Sequence record: SRR22947727_857
Reading direction: 5' to 3' (one strand)
DNA length: 37,183 bases
The stretch's first letter is position 1. The number at the start of each line of letters is the position of its first letter. A program made the translations under genes and the position numbers. Shown piece after piece: positions 17,313 to 29,093 of the stretch. Under the pieces are notes generated by a model. The model did no database searches. It saw only the letters and a program-made list of their open reading frames with translations, and had not been told where the DNA came from.

Positions 17313-17816
17313 GTGGCACGCAGATTTAGAGGCGAAAGCCACCATAAGGTGGACAGCAAGGGCCGGGTGTCTATCCCCGCTCTTTTTCGCCGCGTGCTGG
17401 AGCAGGGTGATCCCAATTATACCGAAGGGCTGAACCCTGAGTTGGTGATTGTCTATGGCGATCATCGCCGCAATTATCTTGAATGTTATACGATTTCAGC
17501 AATCGAAGAGGTGGATGCCAAGATCGACGCCTTGCCGCGTGGATCTATGGAACGTCGGATGTTGCAAAGGCTGTTTCATGGGCAATCTTTCCCCACGATC
17601 GTCGATGACACGGGGCGGCTGGTGCTTCCGGCGAAGCTGCGTCGGAAGATTGATCTGGATGCTGAGGCGTTTTTTATCGCCGCCGGTGACACGTTCCAGA
17701 TCTGGAAGCCTGAAACCTACGAATCAGAAGAATTGGCCAAAACTGAGGCTTGGCTGGATGATTTGCCTGAGGATTTCGATCCGATGGCCTATTTGGACCA
17801 AGCGGGGCAGGACTAG
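17313..17816 (+). CDS. mraZ: division/cell wall cluster transcriptional regulator MraZ
   Basis: Two SpoVT/AbrB repeats ([20 protein letters not shown]), FQIW; GTG start. Confidence 0.96.
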   Translation: MARRFRGESHHKVDSKGRVSIPALFRRVLEQGDPNYTEGLNPELVIVYGDHRRNYLECYTISAIEEVDAKIDALPRGSMERRMLQRLFHGQSFPTIVDDTGRLVLPAKLRRKIDLDAEAFFIAAGDTFQIWKPETYESEELAKTEAWLDDLPEDFDPMAYLDQAGQD

Positions 17817-17818
17817 AT

Positions 17819-18808
17819 ATGCGGCCCGACTCCTCCCAATCTGCGCCGCATATCCCTGTTCTAATTTTACCATTGATTGACGCGGCCGCACCCATTGCGG
17901 GCACTTGGATTGATGGCACCTTTGGGGCCGGGGGTTATAGTAAATATTTGCTCGACGCCGGCGCCGATCAGGTGATTGGCATTGACCGCGATCCCAGTGT
18001 TTTTGCGATGGCTGCCGATTGGGCGCCGCAATTTGGGGATCGTTTGCAGCTTGTGCAAGACACGTTTTCCAATTTGGATCAAACCGCCGATGCGGTGGAT
18101 GGCGTGGTGCTCGATATCGGTGTGTCCTCAATGCAGATCGATCAAGCAGAGCGGGGGTTTTCGTTTCAAAAAGATGGGCCGCTTGACATGCGCATGGGAG
18201 ATACGGGCCCGACGGCAGCAGATCTTGTCAATAGCGCCAGTGCTGAGCAGATTGCCGATATTTTGTATAATTATGGCGAAGAGCGGGCCAGCCGCCGCAT
18301 CGCCAAGATGATCGTTGCACGCCGCGAAGAGGCACCTTTTGAACGGACGTTAGAATTGGCCGGTGTTGTTGAGCGGTGTTTGCCCCGGGCGAAGCCTGGC
18401 CAATCCCACCCCGCGACCCGCAGTTTTCAAGCTCTGCGTATCGCGGTGAACGGAGAATATGATCAATTGGTCCAAGGTCTTGCCGCCGCCGAACGGGTCT
18501 TGCGCCCTGGCGGCATTTTGGCTGTGGTGACCTTTCATTCGGTTGAAGATCGCATCGTAAAACGGTTTTTCCAAGCCCGCGCAGGCACGCAGGCCGGCAG
18601 CCGATATGCGCCATTGGTCGAGGAGGTTCCGGCGCAATTTACCATGCAAAGCCGCAAGGCAATCAAAGCTTCAAAAGAGGAACTCGACGCCAATCCCCGC
18701 GCACGATCGGCCAAATTGCGCATTGGGCGGCGGACCGAGGCCCCGGCGTTGCCTGTCGATCCACGCAGCCTTGGCGTGCCGCAACTTCCACAGCGGAGGG
18801 CCTCATGA
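17819..18808 (+). CDS. rsmH: 16S rRNA m4C1402 methyltransferase
   Basis: [51 protein letters not shown]. Confidence 0.97.
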   Translation: MRPDSSQSAPHIPVLILPLIDAAAPIAGTWIDGTFGAGGYSKYLLDAGADQVIGIDRDPSVFAMAADWAPQFGDRLQLVQDTFSNLDQTADAVDGVVLDIGVSSMQIDQAERGFSFQKDGPLDMRMGDTGPTAADLVNSASAEQIADILYNYGEERASRRIAKMIVARREEAPFERTLELAGVVERCLPRAKPGQSHPATRSFQALRIAVNGEYDQLVQGLAAAERVLRPGGILAVVTFHSVEDRIVKRFFQARAGTQAGSRYAPLVEEVPAQFTMQSRKAIKASKEELDANPRARSAKLRIGRRTEAPALPVDPRSLGVPQLPQRRAS

Positions 18809-19149
18809 AAAATCTGTTTTTGAGCTGTTTGGTCATGGGCGTCATGGGGCTCGCCTTTTGGGCCTATACTGAAAACTATGAAACCAAGGGCAAATTGGAT
18901 GAAATTGCCCAGTTGAACCGCGATATTTCGGAGGCCCATTCGAGGCTGCGGGCGCTGAAAGCGGAATGGGCCTATCTCAATCGCCCGGAGCGGCTCCTGC
19001 AGCTGGTGAATGCCAATTTTGACGAGTTGAAATTGTTGCAACTGACGGCGGATCATTTTGCCCGTTTGGAGCAGATTCCATATCCTGGACCAGATTTGGG
19101 CCCAATCACTGAGCCGATTGAGGTGATGAACCGCGAGGCCTCTCCATGA
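18805..19149 (+). CDS. ftsL: cell division protein FtsL
   Basis: N-terminal TM segment, coiled coil, [14 protein letters not shown]; position between rsmH and ftsI. Confidence 0.9.
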   Translation: MKNLFLSCLVMGVMGLAFWAYTENYETKGKLDEIAQLNRDISEAHSRLRALKAEWAYLNRPERLLQLVNANFDELKLLQLTADHFARLEQIPYPGPDLGPITEPIEVMNREASP

Positions 19150-20927
19150 TTCGCAAACCCCTTCGGCCTTTGGCGCGCATATTTTCGGCCAGAACCGCCG
19201 GCGAAAATCCTGATTTGATTGAACATGCCAATCGGCGCGAGCGCATCGAGATGCAGCATGAACGAATTTTGCGCAAAACTCAGCGGCGTTTGTTTATGAT
19301 GGGCGGAATATTCGTCATCAGTTTTGGCGTCATTGGTCTGCGGATGACGGCTTTGGCGGTGTCCGAGCCGATTGAGCCCAAGGCCCGCGCCACAGCGGCA
19401 CAGATTTTGGCCAGTCGAGCGGATATCCTTGACCGCAACGGTCGGGTTTTGGCCACGAATATCGACACCCATTCGCTCTATGCGCACCCGCGTCAACTCA
19501 TTGATCCAGAGGGCACCGCCCGGCAATTGGCGGAGATATTTCCCGACATCAATGTCGAAAAAATGGCGGCGCGCTTGTCTGGAGCGCAAGAGTTTTTGTG
19601 GCTCAAACCCGCCATTAGCCCAGAAGAAAAGCAGGCCGTTCATGACATCGGTGAGCCGGGTTTGTTGTTCGGTCCGCGCGAAATGCGCCTCTATCCCAAC
19701 GGTCAACTGGCCGGTCATATTTTGGGAGGTACGACCTTTGGCGCCCAGGGCGTGCATTCCGCTGAGGTCATCGGAATGGCTGGCGTAGAAAAAGCCTTTG
19801 ACACCTTCCTGCGCGATCCACGATTTGACGGCCAACCTCTGCAGTTGTCGATTGATCTGACGGTGCAATCGGCGCTGGAGGAGGCACTTTACGGCGGCAT
19901 GCGCTTGATGAATGCCAAGGGCGCGTCAGCGGTGTTGATGGATGCCTATAGCGGTGAGGTCGTGTCGCTCTCCAGCCTGCCAGATTTTGATCCAAACAAC
20001 CGTCCACGGCCTTTGACGCAGGGCGACGCAAGCGACAGCGCGCTGTTCAACCGCGCGGTCCAAGGGGTCTATGAGCTGGGTTCGGCGTTCAAGGCTTTTA
20101 CGGTGGCCCAAGCGATGGATCTGGGTCTGGTGGAGCCTGGCAGCATGGTCGATACCAAAGGCCCATTGCGGTGGGGCAAACATAAGATCAACGACTATCG
20201 TGACTATGGCGCGCAGATGTCTGTTGAAAAGGTATTGATCAAATCTTCAAATATCGGCACGGCCCGCCTGTCTTTAATGATCGGGGCTGAGTTGCAAAAA
20301 GACTTTTTGGATCGCCTCGGCCTGCTGCAAGCCACACCGATTGAAGTGATCGAGGGCCCAACCGGGCGGCCGCAATACCCAAGCAATTGGTCTGATATCT
20401 CAACAATGACGATCTCCTATGGGCATGGTATTTCGACCTCGCCAGTGCATCTGGCCGCGGGATATGCGGCCATTGTCAATGGTGGGACTTTGGTCAAACC
20501 GACGCTGTTAAAACAACCGGCCCCGCCGCGTGGCGCGCGCATTATCTCTGAAAAAACGTCCCGGGATTTGCGCAGTATGATGCGGCGTGTGGTGACGGAA
20601 GGGACCGCTAAGATGGGCGATGTTCCAGGGTATTCTGTGGCTGGGAAAACGGGAACCGCGGATAAGCCCAGCCCGCAGGGTGGCTATTACAAAGATAAAG
20701 TTCTGGCGACTTTCGCCAGTTTCTTTCCAAGCACCGATCCGCGTTATGTCTTGATCGTGACGCTTGATGAGCCCGAAGACCGCACCGGCCCGGAGCCACG
20801 CCGAACGGCGGGTGCCACCGCCGTGCCTGTTGCTGCAGAAATTATCCGGCGTGTTGCGCCTTTGCTGGGCATCGCTCCAGAGATTGAACCCACGCTACAA
20901 AATGGTTTAACATTGGCCAACAATTGA
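19146..20927 (+). CDS. ftsI: penicillin-binding protein 3, septal transpeptidase
   Basis: RADILDRNG, R.YP.G, SxxK (GSAFK), SSN and KTGT motifs. Confidence 0.96.
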   Translation: MIRKPLRPLARIFSARTAGENPDLIEHANRRERIEMQHERILRKTQRRLFMMGGIFVISFGVIGLRMTALAVSEPIEPKARATAAQILASRADILDRNGRVLATNIDTHSLYAHPRQLIDPEGTARQLAEIFPDINVEKMAARLSGAQEFLWLKPAISPEEKQAVHDIGEPGLLFGPREMRLYPNGQLAGHILGGTTFGAQGVHSAEVIGMAGVEKAFDTFLRDPRFDGQPLQLSIDLTVQSALEEALYGGMRLMNAKGASAVLMDAYSGEVVSLSSLPDFDPNNRPRPLTQGDASDSALFNRAVQGVYELGSAFKAFTVAQAMDLGLVEPGSMVDTKGPLRWGKHKINDYRDYGAQMSVEKVLIKSSNIGTARLSLMIGAELQKDFLDRLGLLQATPIEVIEGPTGRPQYPSNWSDISTMTISYGHGISTSPVHLAAGYAAIVNGGTLVKPTLLKQPAPPRGARIISEKTSRDLRSMMRRVVTEGTAKMGDVPGYSVAGKTGTADKPSPQGGYYKDKVLATFASFFPSTDPRYVLIVTLDEPEDRTGPEPRRTAGATAVPVAAEIIRRVAPLLGIAPEIEPTLQNGLTLANN

Positions 20928-20949
20928 TTTTTAGAAAGCGAGCCGGTGG

Positions 20950-22428
20950 ATGGCGACCAAGAGCAAAACCCTTGCAAATTTAGGTCTGACCACGGCGCGG
21001 GCGTCTCAGCTGGAAATACAAGGCCTCGCGGTTGACAGCCGGGACGTGCGGGATGGGTTCCTTTTTGCAGCTCTGCCGGGGAGCCGCAGCCATGGGGCTG
21101 AATTTGCCCCATATGCCCTGCGCCAAGGGGCCAGTGCTATTTTAACCGATCCGGATGGGGCGGCATGGATCTCCAAAACCTGTCCAGACCACGCAGCGCA
21201 GATCTGCGTTGTCGATGATCCGCGCCAGGCGCTTGCGGCGGCTTCAGCTTTGTTCTTTGGCGCGCAGCCGGAGGTGATGGTTGCGGTGACGGGTACCAAT
21301 GGCAAAACCTCTGTGGCCAGTTTTTGCCGGCAAATTTGGAGCGAATTGGGGCTGTCGGCGATCAACTTGGGCACAACCGGGGTGCAGGGGGCGTGGAGCG
21401 CGCCCTTGAGCCATACCACCCCGGAGCCCATCACCCTGCACCGGGTGTTAGCTCAGGCCGCCGCCGCTGGCGTCACCCATGGCGCGATGGAGGCCTCCAG
21501 TCACGGATTGGAGCAAAAGCGCTTAGATGGGGTGGTTTTGGCGGTGGCTGGCTTCACCAATTTCACGCAAGATCATCTCGATTATCACGCCACATTTGAG
21601 GCCTATTTTGCCGCAAAGTCAGGTCTGTTTGACCGCGTGTTGGGGTCGCAAGGATGGGCTGTCATCAATATTGATGATGCCAAAGGAATGGTGCTTTATG
21701 ACGCGTGCCGCAAGCGCGGACAAAGCTGTCTGACCGTTGGCCGCAGCATCGCTGATTTGCAGATTTTAGGGCAAACATTTGATGCCAATGGACAAGAGAT
21801 TCTATGCGCATGCCAGGGCACACGGTATCAGGTCAAAGTGCCTTTGGTGGGTGGATTTCAAGGGGAAAACTTGCTGTTGGCGGCGGGCATGGTTCTGGCT
21901 GCGGGCGCGGAGGCGGAAGCGGTCTTTTCTGCGTTGAAATCCGTGCGACCGGTGCGCGGGCGCATGGAATTGGCCGCCACGCGCGCCAATGGAGCCTCCG
22001 TTTATGTGGATTATGCCCATACGCCCGATGCTGTCTCAACGGCGCTGCAAGCCTTGCGGCCGCATGTGAGGGGGCGGCTTGTTGTGGTTCTTGGCGCAGG
22101 TGGAGACCGCGATCCGGGCAAGCGGGTGTTGATGGGGCAAGCGGCGGCGGCGCATGCGGACAGGGTGATCGTCACGGATGACAATCCACGCAGTGAAGAC
22201 CCCGCCGCCATTCGCGCTATGGTGTTGGCTGGCGCAGGCGAGGCTGAAGAGGTCGGCGATCGGGCGGAAGCTATTTTATATGGGGTCGATGGGTTGCAAC
22301 CCGGCGATTGTTTGCTGATTGCCGGTAAGGGACATGAAACAGGTCAAATAATTGGAGAAGATATTTTACCTTTTGATGACGTAGAACAGGCGAGTATCTC
22401 TGTTGCTGCTTTGGAGGATTTTGCGTAA
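20950..22428 (+). CDS. murE: UDP-MurNAc-L-Ala-D-Glu:meso-DAP ligase
   Basis: VTGTNGKTS, TTP, MEASSHG, DHLDYH, DYAHTPD, DNPR (DAP specificity), AGKGHE. Confidence 0.97.
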   Translation: MATKSKTLANLGLTTARASQLEIQGLAVDSRDVRDGFLFAALPGSRSHGAEFAPYALRQGASAILTDPDGAAWISKTCPDHAAQICVVDDPRQALAAASALFFGAQPEVMVAVTGTNGKTSVASFCRQIWSELGLSAINLGTTGVQGAWSAPLSHTTPEPITLHRVLAQAAAAGVTHGAMEASSHGLEQKRLDGVVLAVAGFTNFTQDHLDYHATFEAYFAAKSGLFDRVLGSQGWAVINIDDAKGMVLYDACRKRGQSCLTVGRSIADLQILGQTFDANGQEILCACQGTRYQVKVPLVGGFQGENLLLAAGMVLAAGAEAEAVFSALKSVRPVRGRMELAATRANGASVYVDYAHTPDAVSTALQALRPHVRGRLVVVLGAGGDRDPGKRVLMGQAAAAHADRVIVTDDNPRSEDPAAIRAMVLAGAGEAEEVGDRAEAILYGVDGLQPGDCLLIAGKGHETGQIIGEDILPFDDVEQASISVAALEDFA

Positions 22429-23846
22429 TGGGCCTATGGACGGCTTTCGAGGCTCAAGCTGCGACAGGCGGCTATTGTGCGGCGCCCTGGGAGGCTCATG
22501 GCGTGTCGATTGACACACGCACATTGCAGCCGGGGGATCTTTTTGTTGCTTTGACTGCGGCCCGTGATGGTCATGATTTTGTGGCGCAGGCCCTCGAGAA
22601 AGGCGCGGCTGCCGCTTTGGTGGAGCGGCGCCCGGATGGGGTGCCTGAGACTGCACCGCTGCTGATTGTGCCGGATGTCCTGCAGGCGCTGATTGACTTG
22701 GGCCGGGCGGCACGGGCACGCTGCGCGGCGAAAGTTTTGGCAGTGACCGGATCGGTGGGCAAGACCTCGACCAAGGAGATGCTGCGCACGGTGCTTGAGT
22801 TTCAGGGGCGGACACATGCCTCGGTGGCCAGCTACAACAACCATTGGGGGGTGCCGCTGACCCTGGCGCGTATGCCGGCGGACACCCAATTTGCCATTTT
22901 CGAAATTGGCATGAATCATCCTGGAGAAATTGCGCCTTTGAGCGAAATGGTGCAGCCGCATGTGGCAATGATCACAACCGTGGCCCCGGCGCATATGGAA
23001 GCCTTTGAAAGCCTGGAGGGTATTGCCCGCGAGAAGGCGGATATCGTAGCGGGCTTGATGCCCGCAGGCGCGGCTATTTTGCCGGCTGATGTGCCGACAA
23101 TTGACATCCTTGTACAAGCCGCCTTGGCCAAAGGGGCGACGATTGTGGGATTTGGCGAGACGGCCGATGCCTTTCGCCTGACGGCGCTGGAGATGCATCA
23201 CGATGTCACGGTGATCCAGGCCCGTCTGCGCGGCGCGCCCGCAGTGCTGCGTTTGAACACATTGGGGCGGCATTTTGCCGTGAACGCCATGGGTGTTTTG
23301 GCGGCGGTTGAGGCTCTGTCTGGAGATCCGACGCGGGCCGCGGTTGATCTGTTCCGCTGGCATCCTCCGGCGGGGCGCGGGCGGCGAGAGACCGTCAGCT
23401 TGGATCCGGCCGATACCAACGCCTATTTCGAGCTGATTGATGACGCCTATAATGCCAACCCTGCTTCTATGGCGGCGGCCTTGGAAGTTTTGGCGGCCTC
23501 TGATCGGCAAAAGCAGACAAGGCAGGGGCCGCGGCGCATTGCGATTTTGGGTGATATGCTGGAGCTGGGGCAGGAAGAGGCGCAAATTCACGCGCAGCTG
23601 GCCGGCAATAACCACTTGTTAACCTTGGATGTGGTGCATTGTGTCGGACCACGCATGCGTGCCTGTTATGACGCTTTGCCAGCCGCAATCCGCGGCCGCT
23701 GGGTGCAAGAGGCGCAAGAGCTGGCCTCTGGCTTGGGAGAGTTGATCGCACCGGGAGACCGGGTTTTGGTCAAAGGCTCTTTGGGCAGTAAAGTTTCAAT
23801 GATTGTTGACCTAATCCGCAATTTAGGGCATCGCTCACAACCGTAG
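22428..23846 (+). CDS. murF: UDP-MurNAc-tripeptide:D-Ala-D-Ala ligase
   Basis: VTGSVGKTSTKE, NNHWGVPLTL, EIGMNHPGEI, DDAYNANP, LGDMLELG, LVKGS. Confidence 0.97.
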   Translation: MGLWTAFEAQAATGGYCAAPWEAHGVSIDTRTLQPGDLFVALTAARDGHDFVAQALEKGAAAALVERRPDGVPETAPLLIVPDVLQALIDLGRAARARCAAKVLAVTGSVGKTSTKEMLRTVLEFQGRTHASVASYNNHWGVPLTLARMPADTQFAIFEIGMNHPGEIAPLSEMVQPHVAMITTVAPAHMEAFESLEGIAREKADIVAGLMPAGAAILPADVPTIDILVQAALAKGATIVGFGETADAFRLTALEMHHDVTVIQARLRGAPAVLRLNTLGRHFAVNAMGVLAAVEALSGDPTRAAVDLFRWHPPAGRGRRETVSLDPADTNAYFELIDDAYNANPASMAAALEVLAASDRQKQTRQGPRRIAILGDMLELGQEEAQIHAQLAGNNHLLTLDVVHCVGPRMRACYDALPAAIRGRWVQEAQELASGLGELIAPGDRVLVKGSLGSKVSMIVDLIRNLGHRSQP

Positions 23847-23863
23847 GTGTAAGGGGAATTTAA

Positions 23864-24946
23864 ATGGTTTATTGGCTGACATTACTATCGGATGGCGGCG
23901 ATTTCTTTAATCTCTTTCGCTATATCACCGTCCGGGCCGGCGGGGCATTTTTGACATCGCTGCTTTTTGGATTTGTGTTTGGCAAGCCTTTGATAAACCT
24001 CTTGCGCCGCCGCCAGGGGCGCGGGCAACCGATCCGATCAGACGGGCCTGAGGGGCATCAATCCAAAGCGGGCACGCCGACGATGGGCGGCGCGCTGATT
24101 TTGGGGGCCTTGGTGGTCTCAACTCTGCTGTGGGCGCGGCTTGATAATATGCATATTTGGGTGGTGCTTTTTGTCACCATCGGCTTTGGCGCGATTGGCT
24201 TTGCCGATGACTATGCCAAAGTCTCCAAACAGACCTCTGCCGGGGTCTCGGGACGGGTTCGTCTCGGATTGGGGTTTGTGATTGCTCTGATCGCCGCGCT
24301 GGTGGCCGCGCAGCTGCATCCCGAAGGCCTACGTTTGCAGGTGGCTGTGCCGGTCCTGAAAGACACATTGGTGCCGTTTGGCATATTGTTCTTTCCCTTT
24401 GCTATGATCGTGATTGTCGGAACGGCCAATGCGGTCAACCTTACGGATGGTTTGGATGGTTTGGCCGTGATGCCCGTGATGATTGCCGCGGCGGCGCTTG
24501 GGGTTTTGGCCTATGCGGTGGGCCGGGTTGATTTCACCCAATACCTTGACGTGCACTATGTGCCCGGAACGGGCGAGTTGTTGATTTTCTGCATGGCGTT
24601 GATTGGCGGAGGCTTGGGCTTTCTATGGTATAATGCGCCACCTGCTGCGATATTCATGGGGGATACGGGCAGCCTCTCGCTGGGCGGGGCGCTGGGTGCT
24701 ATTGCCGTTTTGACCAAACATGAGATTGTTTGGGCGATCATTGGCGGGGTGTTTGTGGCGGAGGCCTTGAGTGTGATCATCCAGGTGTTTTGGTTCAAAC
24801 GCACAGGACGGCGGGTGTTTCTCATGGCGCCAATCCATCATCATTTTGAGAAAAAAGGCTATGCGGAAAGCCAGATCGTGATCCGCTTCTGGATCATTGC
24901 CATTGTCTTGGCGATGATCGGCCTGGCGACATTGAAAGTCCGGTAA
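23864..24946 (+). CDS. mraY: phospho-N-acetylmuramoyl-pentapeptide transferase
   Basis: [40 protein letters not shown]. Confidence 0.98.
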   Translation: MVYWLTLLSDGGDFFNLFRYITVRAGGAFLTSLLFGFVFGKPLINLLRRRQGRGQPIRSDGPEGHQSKAGTPTMGGALILGALVVSTLLWARLDNMHIWVVLFVTIGFGAIGFADDYAKVSKQTSAGVSGRVRLGLGFVIALIAALVAAQLHPEGLRLQVAVPVLKDTLVPFGILFFPFAMIVIVGTANAVNLTDGLDGLAVMPVMIAAAALGVLAYAVGRVDFTQYLDVHYVPGTGELLIFCMALIGGGLGFLWYNAPPAAIFMGDTGSLSLGGALGAIAVLTKHEIVWAIIGGVFVAEALSVIIQVFWFKRTGRRVFLMAPIHHHFEKKGYAESQIVIRFWIIAIVLAMIGLATLKVR

Positions 24947-24984
24947 ATTTACATCAGGGCCGCGCGGCCATTGGAGAGCACAGG

Positions 24985-26382
24985 ATGATAGCAGTTCAAG
25001 GAATGCATGGGCGCCGGGTCTTTGTGCTTGGGATGGGCCGCTCTGGCCTGGTTGCCGCGCAGGCTTTGGTGGCTGGCGGGGCAGATGTATTGTGCTGGGA
25101 TGACGGCGAGACGGGGCGGCAGCGGGCCGAGGAGGCTGGCCTGAGCTGCAGCGATCCGCTGCGTGGCGGGCTTGAGGGTGTGGATAGGCTGATCACCTCA
25201 CCGGGGATTGCTCACCTCTATCCCAAACCGCATCCAGCGATTGCCCTGGCGATGCAGCTCGGCATTCCTCTCGACAATGACATCGGCCTGTTCTTTCGCT
25301 CCTTTGCGACGCAATCGTGGACGGGCTTTGACATGGCGCCCAAGGTGATTGCCGTGACGGGATCCAATGGCAAATCCACGACCAGCGCTTTAATCCATCA
25401 TTTGCTTGAGGTGGCCGGACGACGCAGCCAGTTGGCCGGAAATATCGGCCGCGGGGTGCTGGATGTGCAACCGGCGGAGGATGGCGATGTGATCGTGTTG
25501 GAATTATCCTCCTATCAGCTGGAACTGGCCCGTAGTCTGACGCCCGATATCGCAGTGTTTACAAATCTCTCCCCCGATCATTTGGATCGCCACGCAGGAT
25601 ACGGCGGGTATTTCGCCGCCAAGCGCCGTCTGTTTGCAGAAGGCTGCCCGGATGTCGCGGTGATTGGCGTTGACGAGCCGGAGGGGCAGTATTTGGCGAC
25701 GCAATTTTCCGATCACACCCATGATGATCGGGTGATCCGTGTCGTCTCGGGACAAAAACCAAAAGGCAACAACTGGCAGGTAACGGCGCGCAAAGGGTTT
25801 TTGGCAGAAAGCCGCAAGGGTCGGCAAATCGCCTCAATTGATCTGCGCGATATCCCGGGACTGCCAGGGGCGCATAATCATCAAAATGCCTCTGCCGCCT
25901 ATGCGGTGCTGCGCGCTTTGAATGTGGCGCCGCGGGTGATTGAAGAGGGGCTTCGCAGTTTCGCAGGCCTGCCTCATCGTAGCCAGATGATTGGTGAGAT
26001 ATCCGGGGTGCGCTTTGTGAATGACAGTAAGGCCACGAATGTCGACGCGGCACTCAAAGCGTTGAGCGCATTTGACAATATCCGCTGGATCTGTGGCGGA
26101 TTGCAGAAGGAGGGGGGGCTCTCTGCTCTGCAACCGGCCTTGGGGCATGTGCAAAAGGCCTATGTGATTGGCCGTGAGGCCGAGGCTTTTGCCATGCAGC
26201 TTGATGTGGACTGCGAAGTGTGCACCACGATGCAAGCGGCAGTCCGAGCCGCCTATGCACAAAGCCAACCTGGCGATGTGGTCCTGCTCGCCCCGGCTGC
26301 GGCGAGTTTTGACCAATACGACAGTTTCGAAACCCGCGGCGAAGATTTCATCGCACAGGTCGGGGCGATTAAAGGGACGTGA
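24985..26382 (+). CDS. murD: UDP-MurNAc-L-Ala:D-Glu ligase
   Basis: [55 protein letters not shown]. Confidence 0.97.
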   Translation: MIAVQGMHGRRVFVLGMGRSGLVAAQALVAGGADVLCWDDGETGRQRAEEAGLSCSDPLRGGLEGVDRLITSPGIAHLYPKPHPAIALAMQLGIPLDNDIGLFFRSFATQSWTGFDMAPKVIAVTGSNGKSTTSALIHHLLEVAGRRSQLAGNIGRGVLDVQPAEDGDVIVLELSSYQLELARSLTPDIAVFTNLSPDHLDRHAGYGGYFAAKRRLFAEGCPDVAVIGVDEPEGQYLATQFSDHTHDDRVIRVVSGQKPKGNNWQVTARKGFLAESRKGRQIASIDLRDIPGLPGAHNHQNASAAYAVLRALNVAPRVIEEGLRSFAGLPHRSQMIGEISGVRFVNDSKATNVDAALKALSAFDNIRWICGGLQKEGGLSALQPALGHVQKAYVIGREAEAFAMQLDVDCEVCTTMQAAVRAAYAQSQPGDVVLLAPAAASFDQYDSFETRGEDFIAQVGAIKGT

Positions 26383-26468
26383 CCCGCGCCACCGGCCTTT
26401 TGGTGATAGAAGGCGGGATGGGGTGCACGGGTATTTTGAGCGCGTGAACATAAGTGTTAGGACATATT

Positions 26469-26579
26469 ATGATACCAAAAAAATTGCATTTTGTGTGGGT
26501 TGGGGATGAAAGCAAAAGGCCGGACAATTGCATCCAGTCTTGGGCCAAGTTGAATCCAGAGTATGAAATTGTCATCTAG
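26469..26579 (+). pseudogene. truncated glycosyltransferase family 32 (OCH1-like/Gly_transf_sug) N-terminal remnant, 36 aa
   Basis: MIPKKLHFVWVGDESKRPDNCIQSWAKLNPEYEIVI* matches the GT32 N-terminal pattern IPK.IH..W.G...C..SW...NP.YE...W; TAG sits where Trp (TGG) is expected; AGGA RBS-like sequence upstream. Confidence 0.75.
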
Positions 26580-26620
26580 ATTATGGGTTATAACCCGGCG
26601 TCCTAAGTGCTGGGGTCGCA

Positions 26621-27811
26621 TCATAAACCCGCTTTAATCGCCTGCCCCGCCACCCAGCCAGAGGACCAGGCCCATTGGAAATTATACCCGCCGAGCCAGC
26701 CGGTGACATCCACACATTCGCCTATGAAATAGAGACCGGGTTGGGTTTTTGCCATCATGGTTTTGGACGAGAGTGCGGCCGTATCCACCCCGCCGACCAT
26801 CACCTCGGCGGTGCGATAGCCTTCGGTGCCAGCTGGGGTGAGCTGCCATTGGGTCACGCGCGCGGTCAGACCGTCCAATTGCGCGGCTGTGAGATCGGCG
26901 ATGCGCTCGGGCAGGGCGAGATCATTCAGCACCACGGGCACCAGCCGGGCTGGCAGAAGGCGGGTGAAGATGGTTAGCGGTGATTTGCGTCCTTCGGTTT
27001 CCTTTGCCTCTCTGACCGCGCGGCGCAGCTCCTCTTCTGGCAAAAGACCCAGAGTGAGCACGTCGCCGGGCGACCAATAGCTAGACACTTGCAAAGCCGC
27101 CGGCCCGGACAAGCCGCGGTGGGTGAAAAGCACAGCTTCCTCAAAGGCGGTGCCATTGGTTTGCAATCGCGCGGGGGCCGCGACGCCGCTTATGGACTTA
27201 AAAGCTTCATGCTGCGCGCCGGAAAAGGTGAAGGGCACCAATCCTGCATAGGTTTCGGTCACAGGAAGGCCGAATTTCTGGGCGAGGCGGAGGGCAAAGT
27301 CGGTGGCCCCCATCTTCGGGATGGGCTTGCCACCGCAGGCCACCACAAGATTACGCACCGTGACCGCGCGCGGCCCATGCGGGCAGCTAAGCTGGATCGA
27401 GTAACCACCTTCAATCTTTGTGACGGATTGCACAGAGGTGTTGAGCTGGACCTGCCCGCCGGCCTCGGCCACGCCTTTGAGAAGCATGGCGACAATCTCC
27501 TTGGCGGAGGTGTCGCAAAACAATTGCCCCAGTGTTTTCTCGTGATATGCAATACCGCTGCGGGCCACCCAATCGATGAAATCCCATTGCGTGTAGCGGG
27601 CCAATGCGGATTTGGCGAAATGTGGATTGCGGCTGATATAATTCTCCGCTGAGGCATATAGGTTGGTGAAGTTACACCGTCCGCCGCCGCTGATGCGAAT
27701 TTTCTCGCCTGCGGCCTTGGCATGATCGATCACCAAGCATTTGCCTGGCGCTTGCGCGGCGCAGATCAACCCAGCGGCTCCGGCGCCGATAATGAGTGTG
27801 TCAAAGTCCAT
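26621..27811 (-). CDS. HI0933/YhiN (BaiN) family NAD(P)/FAD-dependent flavoprotein
   Basis: IIGAGAAG, KIRISGGGRCNFTN, LFTHRGLSGP, AEVMVGGV, GECVDVTGWLGGYNFQWAWSSG. Confidence 0.93.
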   Translation of the reverse strand: MDFDTLIIGAGAAGLICAAQAPGKCLVIDHAKAAGEKIRISGGGRCNFTNLYASAENYISRNPHFAKSALARYTQWDFIDWVARSGIAYHEKTLGQLFCDTSAKEIVAMLLKGVAEAGGQVQLNTSVQSVTKIEGGYSIQLSCPHGPRAVTVRNLVVACGGKPIPKMGATDFALRLAQKFGLPVTETYAGLVPFTFSGAQHEAFKSISGVAAPARLQTNGTAFEEAVLFTHRGLSGPAALQVSSYWSPGDVLTLGLLPEEELRRAVREAKETEGRKSPLTIFTRLLPARLVPVVLNDLALPERIADLTAAQLDGLTARVTQWQLTPAGTEGYRTAEVMVGGVDTAALSSKTMMAKTQPGLYFIGECVDVTGWLGGYNFQWAWSSGWVAGQAIKAGL

Positions 27812-27931
27812 AGGCGATGACTTGCCTGTTGTGGCGCAAATGGCAAGGCAATTGGCACTGGAAAAATGTGCAGAGTCCGGCTAATATTGGCTCAGACCTC
27901 AAAAATGGGGCGCAGTACAGGCGGTTTTAAG

Positions 27932-29092
27932 ATGACAGAGATGGTACATGGGCCTTTGCCCGTTGAAGTGCGCGATCCAATTTTACCCCGGTGGTGGCGA
28001 ACCGTGGATCGGTGGACGATGGCCAGTGTTTTGTTTTTGTTTATCTTTGGTTTGATCCTAGCCCTTGCAGCCTCTCCCCCTTTGGCAGAGCGCAACAATC
28101 TTGATGCATTTCATTATGTGCACCGACAAGCGGTCTTTGGGGGTTTGGCCCTCCTGGCCATGACCATCACATCAATGATGTCGCCCGATACGGTGCGCCG
28201 CTGGGCCACGGTGGGGTTTGGCTGTGCGCTCCTGGCGTTGATCTTGCTGCCGATCTTCGGAACAGATTTCGGCAAGGGCGCGACACGCTGGTATTCGTTT
28301 GGCTTTGCCTCCGTGCAGCCCTCTGAATTTATTAAACCGGTCTTTGTTGTGTTTTCAGCCTGGTTGATCTCTGCCTCCTTTGAGCCAGGCGGACCTCCGG
28401 GCCGGATGATGTCTTTTGCCGTGGCAGTGGTGATCGCCGGGTTTTTGGCGCTCCAGCCGGATTTTGGTCAGGCCAGTTTGATCCTCTTTTCTTGGGGCGT
28501 TATGTATTTTTGCGCCGGAGCGCCGCTTTTGTTCATTCTATCCATGGCCGCCGCAACGGTTTTGGCCGGCTTTGTCGCCTATAATTACAGCGAGCATTTC
28601 GCGAGGCGTATTGACGGCTATATGGCGGCAGACGTGGATCCCAATACCCAGCTTGGATATGCGGCCAATGCCATTCAGGAGGGCGGCTTGTTTGGTGTGG
28701 GCACCGGTGAAGGCTCTGTGAAATGGTCCTTGCCCGATGCGCATACGGATTTCATCATTGCTGTGGCCGCTGAGGAATATGGCGTGTTGATGGTCCTCGT
28801 CATTCTGGGGCTCTTTGCTGTGATCGTTCTGCGAACGCTGGCCCGTTTGGGGCAAGAGCGGAACCTTTTTGTGCGTCTGGCCGGGACGGGTTTGGTATCC
28901 ATGTTTGGGGTGCAAGCCATGATCAACATGGGTGTTGCGGTGCGTTTGCTGCCGGCGAAGGGCATGACGTTGCCCTTCGTCAGCTATGGCGGTTCATCTT
29001 TGATTGCCGGCGGCATTGCTCTGGGTATGATCCTGGCCTTGACGCGCAGTCGCCCCCAAGGTGCTTTGAGCGCTGTGATGCGTGGATATTGA
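27932..29092 (+). CDS. ftsW: SEDS peptidoglycan polymerase FtsW
   Basis: [45 protein letters not shown]. Confidence 0.96.
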   Translation: MTEMVHGPLPVEVRDPILPRWWRTVDRWTMASVLFLFIFGLILALAASPPLAERNNLDAFHYVHRQAVFGGLALLAMTITSMMSPDTVRRWATVGFGCALLALILLPIFGTDFGKGATRWYSFGFASVQPSEFIKPVFVVFSAWLISASFEPGGPPGRMMSFAVAVVIAGFLALQPDFGQASLILFSWGVMYFCAGAPLLFILSMAAATVLAGFVAYNYSEHFARRIDGYMAADVDPNTQLGYAANAIQEGGLFGVGTGEGSVKWSLPDAHTDFIIAVAAEEYGVLMVLVILGLFAVIVLRTLARLGQERNLFVRLAGTGLVSMFGVQAMINMGVAVRLLPAKGMTLPFVSYGGSSLIAGGIALGMILALTRSRPQGALSAVMRGY

Positions 29093-29093
29093 T

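Noticed and set aside
22434..23615. 393-aa antisense ORF within murF, and similar long antisense ORFs in pyc, ftsI, ftsQ and ftsA
   Set aside because: Codon-bias shadow ORFs that overlap essential genes
26369..26575. 68-aa minus-strand ORF downstream of murD
   Set aside because: It is antisense to the GT32 remnant, which has a recognisable family pattern
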